A DNA stretch of 61,742 bases, counting the filler, from Sluysia triapertura (lineage: Eukaryota), in assembly GCA_046118255.1 (NCBI GenBank). It is 4 parts of 4 records of this genome, joined end to end, with 100 filler letters (N's around TTAATTAATTAA, not from the genome) between each part and the next. Parts side by side here need not be neighbours in the genome. Positions count along the whole stretch, not along the records: positions 47,761 to 61,742 come from JBJNIA010011763.1; 3 more parts are not named here. One strand, written 5' to 3'. This document shows positions 54,365 to 61,742 of the stretch, piece by piece; the stretch's first letter is position 1; each line of letters opens with the position of its first letter. Below the pieces are notes generated by a model. It was not told the origin of the DNA. It searched no databases and saw nothing but the letters and a program-made list of their open reading frames with translations. A program made the translations under genes and the position numbers.

Positions 54365-55609
54365 TTTTATATTTTATATGTTATATTTTATAGGTACTCA
54401 CTTAGATTTTGCTACAAAATTCAATAGCAATTCAGAAAAACGATGTTATTTTATCTTAAAAATTTTGACATTTGCTATTGGTAAATTGAAAAGTGAAGAA
54501 CAGAAATTAATGTGGGATAAATTGCATGATGCGAAAGGCACCTACGAAAAATTCGATAAGGTACATAATTTTACTTTCAATTCTAACTTAAAATAACGTA
54601 TTTCGTATTTGTAAACTTAAACTTAGAAATTATTTTATTAATTTGTAATTTTAGATTCGCAAGTGTATATCTAAATACCTACAAAATTCTGTTAATCGAA
54701 AATTTTCGGCATTTAAAAGCTCACTTTCTATTGAATCTAATGAAGAAAGTTCAAATACTAATTCAATTGAAAGGACCAGTTCTACAGAAGAAGTAGACAA
54801 GATCGGGACAGAATTTTTAAGTTATTATCCAGTTAGTTTATTTCCGCATTTGATTTCAGTAATGTATTAAATTATAAAAGGATAACATGCAATAAGTGCT
54901 TAAAGCCTCAATATCATTCTCCATACTATTTCTGAAATAGGGAAGTTTGTATTTATTAAATATTTCATAATCTTCTAATTTAATATTTTCCAGTATTTGT
55001 TTGTATATTTGTATATTTCCGTTTTTGTGTTCATATTTTCTTAAATGTTATACAAATAATTTCGATGTTTTAAAATTTTAGCATTCGGATGACACAGCAT
55101 CAATCAGTTCGGATATTCAGGAAACCATCGAAACTGATAACGATGAAGACGAAAACAGTAGCACTTATCAATCAAATTCCGAAGAATACCCACAAGTAAT
55201 TCCATGCTCTTATGAATCGAATGCAATTATGGATCCAGAAGTGGTCAAGCAAATAGCTATGGATAGGAATGAAGACCAAAAAATATCACAGCAACAAATG
55301 CAACAAGATCTTAATATAGTGAATAAAAATATGGTTACTAATATAGTTTTGAGGCAACCAGAACCTGTTAAGCAACAACAAACCTCACCGTATTCTAATC
55401 CTCAGCATCCCATTCTAAACTTAGCGCCAGAAGGCAGTAACAGTAACACCACAGGTAGTTATTTTGATGATGAAGATGAAGAGGAACACGGTGAAGACGA
55501 TGAAGACAATGAGCAGCATAATAATGGTAACAACAATGACGAAAAGCTTGATAATGAAAATAACGATGACGTTAATGTTGAAAATAGAGTTCCATCTCAT
55601 AAACCTTGA
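53980..55609 (+). CDS. Unknown protein, 3' part (exons 53980-54048, 54394-54560, 54655-54831, 55082-55609), acidic/Q/N-rich tail
   Basis: Four exons with AG/GT boundaries in consistent phase (1, 0, 0), ending in TGA. No domain recognised. Confidence 0.7.
54865..55010 (-). mobile_element. L2/CR1-like LINE 3' end (copy 5, intronic, decayed)
   Basis: AAATATTTCATAATCTTC core, the reverse complement of the other copies. Confidence 0.5.
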
Positions 55610-55977
55610 CTAGAACCTGCAAATTGATATTATTTACCCCTATTATCATCATCCATACTTCACCTTATTTTATAATCATCTGGACTACAATCCTTACTAA
55701 TTTAAAGTTTCATTGTGATGTTTATGATTTTTATTCAAAATATACTTAATTGCATATATTATTATTATTATTTTTATTATTATTATATTTCTATTGTCTA
55801 CAAATACATGATATTATTTTTATTTTATAAAACTATTATAATTTGGGTTCTCTTTTCCGTTATTTTGTTTTAGTATTTTTTGGTGAGTTTTAATATAAAT
55901 AATGACATATAAATAGATATCAAGCTACTAAAACAAACAAAATTTTTTTTGTTATTTTCATTTTTTGGCTTTTATAA

Positions 55978-55978
55978 A

Positions 55979-56033
<55 letters not shown>

Positions 56034-56100
56034 TTACTTTTACCCATTCCATGTTTTATATAAGTTATTATGACTATGTGACGCACCAATTTATAATGTG

Positions 56101-56152
<52 letters not shown>
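55978..56152. repeat. (AAT)n and (TTA)n microsatellites in inverted arrangement
   Basis: ~55978-56032 (AAT)n and ~56102-56152 (TTA)n. Confidence 0.9.
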
Positions 56153-56154
<2 letters not shown>

Positions 56155-58039
56155 TCATAAAATGATAATAATAATGTTTCGAAATTTATATATCCTAAAA
56201 TTAATCAAATTATTAATTTTATTTGTGTTGAATGTTATATTTATAATCAAAATAATAGTGATGAAATTTGATTTTATGAATTATTATCATTGTTATAATT
56301 ATTTTATACTGTCAATAAATTTAATAAATAAGTGAAAATGTGGATTCAAGCCATAAGTTTTTTGTGAAGAGGCTCTGCCAATGATTATAATATGTGAAGT
56401 TTGTTTTGTTCTGTTTAAATTTGGTATGATTACTTGTGTATGTGCGTGTGTGATATTTGAGATAATAGAATATTTCTCATTTTATTTGGTTTAGTTTTTA
56501 TACAACACATTCTCCAGTAGTTATACAATGTTTTTCATTTAATTTTATTCACGTACTCACAGGGAAACAATTTAATTTTTCATTTCCTTGCGTACAAACT
56601 AAATGACTAATTGGCTTATGAAAGATAAACTGCTTTTATTATTGAATGTGAGATCATATATAGATTACTTAGGCATCCAATATCGAACAGCTTTTATTAA
56701 TAGATCAAATATGAATGATCTATTTTGAGGAAAGGTATTTTGAAAATATTTAACAACAAATATGTAAATCTATAGTTTTAAGTTGTATACTTTTTTGGAC
56801 AATTTTTACTAATTTTGTTGTCCTGTTTAATAAAAATGTATGGTTTTGCTTAACATTCGTGAAAGGTTAACTTTTAGAGTCCTTAAGTTTTAAATTAAAA
56901 GGCATTGTAAATGTTATTTTCTATCAATTGAATCGGATTACGAGTATTTATTAATGTTCAATGTATAATTTTATCATTTAAAAATTAATCCCTTTGGTAA
57001 GGTTGGATGTAACTCATTTATGTTAGAGATAGAAGTACAAAAGTTGTCAGGAATAATCAACATTTGTTTAAATTAAACAAAAATAAATATTGGTCACAAT
57101 ATTAGAGAAATATGACTTTAAGCTAAATGCTATAATTTTAAGTTTTATTTAAAGAAATTTAGTTTCAAATTCAAATTGTATTTTAAGTATAACAACTTAA
57201 TAAAATTGTGATTCAATAATTATGCAATTTATAAATTGAGTTTACTACATACAAAATAGCTTTGTCAATTTTAATTCAGGGTTCGCATATAGTGAATGTT
57301 TTACACCTGTTTTGGAGACGCTGGTATATGATTTTAACAAAATGGTTACAATTAGTAATTAGTGTCTCGTTCTCTTTGAATGTATAATTTTACCTTATTT
57401 TACGTTATTAACTATTTAATGATTTATATTTGTAATCCGAATTACTTATAATTAACATCCGAAAATATTAATATTGGTGCCCTAGTAAATCTTTCCTTTA
57501 GATATGTAAATGCAGCTGTCTGTTCGCCAGCACATTTACATTCGACATTTTTCTTAGTCAGTTTTCTTAAGGGTTGTATCATTTACGCGGAATAATTTGC
57601 GAGTTTAAGAAACTCTAAACTTTTTACGTTATCTGGTTGAGAGTTTTCTTGATTTTTCTAGAGCTTCGTTTAATAAAATTTTTGGGTACAATGTGTACTT
57701 AAAATTCCACTTGTTCTTCAGCCTAAACATATTTACTAGATTTTATCTTCAATCGAGCTATTTCTAATTGTGTCATAAGTACAACATTTAAAATATAATA
57801 AATCTTTTGAAAAATTATCATATCGCCTATAGATATATACAACTCGATAAAATGAAATTTATGCATCGCTGAAACATTGTTAATGTTGGGATAAAAGGCC
57901 TAAAGTACCATTTGGTAAAATTGACTTTAATAAAATAAAATTTTTAGATGGAGCTGATAGCTCAGTAGCCTTAAGCGTCACCAACTTAAGGAGCATAATT
58001 TTAAAGGTGATTGTTAAGTGCTCCTACTCCATTCTTTTC

Positions 58040-59005
58040 GACAGTCTGGTTTTTCTTTCCAATCACATGGTAACTCGACTCTTACTCCAACTACTAGGGA
58101 CCTTGATTCAGATATGCTCCCCTGAACACGATCATCACTTTCTTTGAGGCATACATCTCTGACCCTTACTCAGTGGTAATTGATTCCATCACGGCCAACT
58201 TCGCAATGTTCAATGATGAACAAGCATTTCTCAATAATTTCCCCTTGCCGAAATGCTCAAGTTTGGAACATTTCTACTGGATTTTGAATAATGAGAATCA
58301 TTGGATTCTTCTTATTTTCAATAGAGATTCTAACTTCTACTGCATCATTGACCAATTACACTCTTCACGTCACATGTCCATTTTATGTGACTTTCTTATG
58401 ATTTCATACACTACACTACCTAGTTAAACAAGATTTTGTATATAAAGTCATTCCCTATCTAATTCAAATTGGTCCTACTGATTGCGGTCCCTTCATTTGT
58501 GACATTGCCATGCAATATAAGCACGCAATCCCGATATACTAATGTTTTCCCAACTGATATTGATGCTACAAGGGAAATACTTTATAATATTGTTTCTCAC
58601 TCTATTAAACTTCCATCTGACATGAAAACGAAACACCCGCATTCTTCTCTCGAGTCCATTTACACTAAAATTAGTAAGAATGACCTCGCTGTCGATGAAG
58701 TTTTTTCGTAATTCTGTGATTTAATGCATAGGTTGTTTCCACCCAAATTCCCCAACATCCTATGTCAGTCTAAAAAATCTCACAATGAACCAAATGAGAA
58801 AATAAAAAATGACCTGGATAAAATCTTCCAGCATTCCAGTTAATAACTGCTACTGCCTGTCCTCCAATTACACCTTCAGATATTGAAATTTGCGGTTACT
58901 GTTCCGCCTTTTGACCCATCACAACTGGGAACATTGCCTTACTCTATGGACATATATACTAACGACCAAATCACTGAACAAGAAATCTTGGCTACTTTGA
59001 AATTG
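58040..59005 (+). mobile_element. Ulp1 (C48) protease-bearing non-LTR retrotransposon fragment (NeSL-like)
   Basis: NNENHWILL (His), IIDQL (Asp), QIGPTDCGPFIC (Gln/Cys). Downstream ITEQEILATLK resembles the start of a non-LTR RT. No introns; frameshifts present. Confidence 0.65.
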
Positions 59006-59500
59006 TAGTGTTCAACTCATACATAAATTCCTAACACGATCTATCACAAACATTCACCTCATATCACATCAACATATAATAATCTAAATAAAATATAATA
59101 TATTTTTCTATAACTTAAATAATATATATTGTATATAATATACACTAATTTAAATAAATTACAATATAATAAAATTACAATAATTTATTATTCATATTAC
59201 TTTTAGTCCACTGTGATCACTTTCTCCGACTTTTTCAACGCTGTGTAACCTTTCACACTCTTTCGTTTTGCCATTTCTGTTTTGATTGTTATTGTTTATC
59301 TCATTTTAATTGTTCCAAGATAAACAATTGGTTAAAGCGATTTATTTGTAATTTTTTTTAAGTATATTTATGTTCGTGGCCACAAAAAGATTTGTATAAT
59401 GAATCAAAAGAGGTATCTTAAGCATTAGTATTATTGCCTGTATCTAATGTATTTTGTCTTTATTATTATGTAGTTTACATTATTAATATTATTGTAATCA

Positions 59501-59770
59501 GAGTCAGTGTGTGGCAATTTTATGTTTACCGATTACCACATTATCATTATTTAGAAATTTTGGTTTTAAAAATGGACCTAGATTTGAATCTTATGGCTTC
59601 TGGGCAAAATACTGCATATTGAGCCACATAAATGTAGCTTTATATCGTAATACTTTTGATACGTGTGACAATGACAAAAAAGAATGGTTAGATAAAGAAG
59701 AATTAATAGTTGCTCTTAAAGGTGTCAATCCATATTTAAAAGATTTAGATTTTGAATATATTAATATGAT
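59501..59770 (+). CDS. EF-hand-containing protein exon (partial gene)
   Basis: FDTCDNDKKEWLDKEELIVALK, an EF-hand-like helix-loop-helix after an AG acceptor. Donor site unclear. Confidence 0.5.
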
Positions 59771-60431
59771 TATACTTACAAGTTTGATTTTACTAAACCA
59801 ATTCAAATGCAATCAAAGGTTAATAACAATAAAAATAAACTGTGTGTGCATATATAGAACATAAATATGTACTATTTCATCATATTATCATAAAGTAATA
59901 ATTTTTTACTATTATTTTATAAACAATGTTTCCGTATAATGACACAAATTATCAAGCATTATTACAAACGAATTTGCTGCAAATATTTCACCAATTTTGT
60001 CAGCAAAATACTGCCAATTTATTATTCGTTAATCATTTTAAGAAAGAATTACTCTATCAATAGTTGAAACCCTTCAATTTATTATATAATCATTATAATG
60101 GTAATACCAGTAATGATAATGATAATATTAATAATAATGCAATAACGGCGACATGTTTTCAAGCACAAGTGAAATGTATTATTCCGAATTTGAAATTGAA
60201 AGAAAAAGTTAAGAAAAAATTCGATTTTCGTCATTTAGTACAATCTTGCTTAGAAAATGATGATGAACTATCTGATGGAAATAAAAAGTATGATTATAAT
60301 TAATTAATATATTATTATTATTATTAGTATTATTATTAGAATTGTAAGTGACATAATTTTATTATCGTAATTATTATTATTTTGAATATAAATATTTTTA
60401 TAATCATTATTTGGAGATTTTTAAATTTGTT

Positions 60432-60540
60432 CTTCTATTACCCCTGCAACAACTGCTACTGCTACTACTACTATTATTACTATTACTGCTACTATTACTA
60501 CTAGTACTACTACTATTACTAATATTACTACTATTACTAT

Positions 60541-60584
<44 letters not shown>

Positions 60585-61151
60585 TTACTACTACCACTAC
60601 TACTATTACTACTACCATTACTACTACCACTACTGCTACTACTATTACTATTACCACTACTACTACTACTACTACCACTACTGCTACTACTACTACTACT
60701 ACTACCACTAGTACTACTACTATTACTAATACTATTACCACTAGTACTACTACTACTACCATTACTATTAGTACCACTATTACTACTACTACTCTTACTA
60801 CTACCACTACTACTACTACTACCACTAGTACTACTACTATTACTAATACTGTTACCACTAGTACTACTACTACTACCATTACTACTAGTACCACTATTAC
60901 TACTACTACTCTTACTACTACCATTACTACTACTACCACTATTGCTACTACTATTACAATTACTACTACTACTAGTACTGCTACTACTACTTAAACTGGT
61001 ATTACTTCTATTACTACTAATACTACTATTACTACTCCTACTACTATTACTCTACTGCTCCTTCTATTACTACTATTACTACTGCTACTACAACTACTAC
61101 TGCTACTACCATTACTACTAGTATTACTAGTATTACTTCTATTACTGCTAC
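60432..61151. repeat. Long degenerate (CTA)n microsatellite
   Basis: ~720 bp of CTA/TTA/CCA triplets with higher-order duplications. Confidence 0.95.
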
Positions 61152-61560
61152 CAATACCGTAACTAGCCTTTGAAGGGGCCCTCTGAGGATATTAATTTCG
61201 AAACCCCCCTATACACCAAAAATCCCCATTATATATATATATATATATATCGCACCAATTATATTTGTAACGAACAGTATGCATGTTCAAAAAGTATATA
61301 TACAATACAAACCAAACAGCAAATTCATGGATTAGAAAACAATATAAGAATACATAATAATCAGCATGCATAAATCGAACAGGCGGCTTTTGTCATTTAA
61401 TAAACGCATAAATTTAATTAGTCGTTTATTTTAGATACACTTAACGTCATAAAATGCATTGTTCTTTATGGGAGAAATTCATTCGTCGACCCTGTAGAAG
61501 CCCCCTCAGGCCCTGGGCTTTGGCGAGTGCACCTGTTGCACATGCCTAGTTATGACTCTG
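61152..61560. mobile_element. TIR MITE inserted in the (CTA)n tract
   Basis: Imperfect TIRs CAATACCGTAACTAG / CTAGTTATGACTCTG; GGGGCCC-type subterminal motifs; the microsatellite resumes after 61560. Confidence 0.6.
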
Positions 61561-61654
61561 ACTACTGCTACTACCACTACTATTAACATGGTAAACTAAT
61601 CATTTAAAAAGTATTAGTATACTAAAAATCTTCAATTCAAAAATATTTCTTGAA

Positions 61655-61742
61655 TAAGGTGACCAGATTTTTAGATGGGCAAAGCGGGACAACTCTGAAA
61701 GAGGGGGAAGTATCAACAAAAATTTTCATATAGAATAAAAAT
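61655..61742 (+). mobile_element. hAT (Blackjack-like) 5' end
   Basis: TAAGGTGACCAGAT..AAAGCGGGACA resembles TAGGGTGACCA..CGGGACA ends. Confidence 0.55.

Noticed and set aside
57950-58020. tRNA gene
   Set aside because: Only an A-box-like piece; no T-arm/B-box or closing acceptor stem.
60411-61121. Long poly-Leu/poly-Val ORFs (also 136-342, 36939-37166, 55949-56335)
   Set aside because: Translations of trinucleotide microsatellites.

Overview
Very AT-rich eukaryotic (most likely invertebrate metazoan) genomic DNA made of four segments (1-11333, 11434-36072, 36173-47660, 47761-61742). They are joined by identical 100-nt spacers (44N-TTAATTAATTAA-44N), so adjacency across the spacers is unverified. 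Host genes: an intact 4-exon Rab14; a REPS1/2-like EH-domain gene with 32-39 nt micro-introns plus two ~4.7 kb introns; a matrin-like zinc-finger gene; an F-box gene; one threonine-dehydratase exon; an EF-hand exon; and an unknown 4-exon gene. Most of the rest is decayed mobile DNA: Ty3/Gypsy, solo-LTR-like elements, piggyBac, pogo, Tc1/IS630, hAT MITEs, L2/CR1-like LINE 3' ends and a Ulp1-bearing NeSL-like LINE. Two observations stand out. (1) A Ty3/Gypsy relic in which a chuvirus-like (class III fusogen) glycoprotein lies directly upstream of PR-RT-RH-IN, with a second retropepsin after the integrase. (2) A family of four 1.4-2.4 kb solo-LTR-like elements that share a promoter-like module of inverted CCAAT boxes but carry different cargo ORFs, two of which are Unkempt-type CCCH RNA-binding zinc fingers. 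All protein family calls come from motif recognition by eye; no database search was run.
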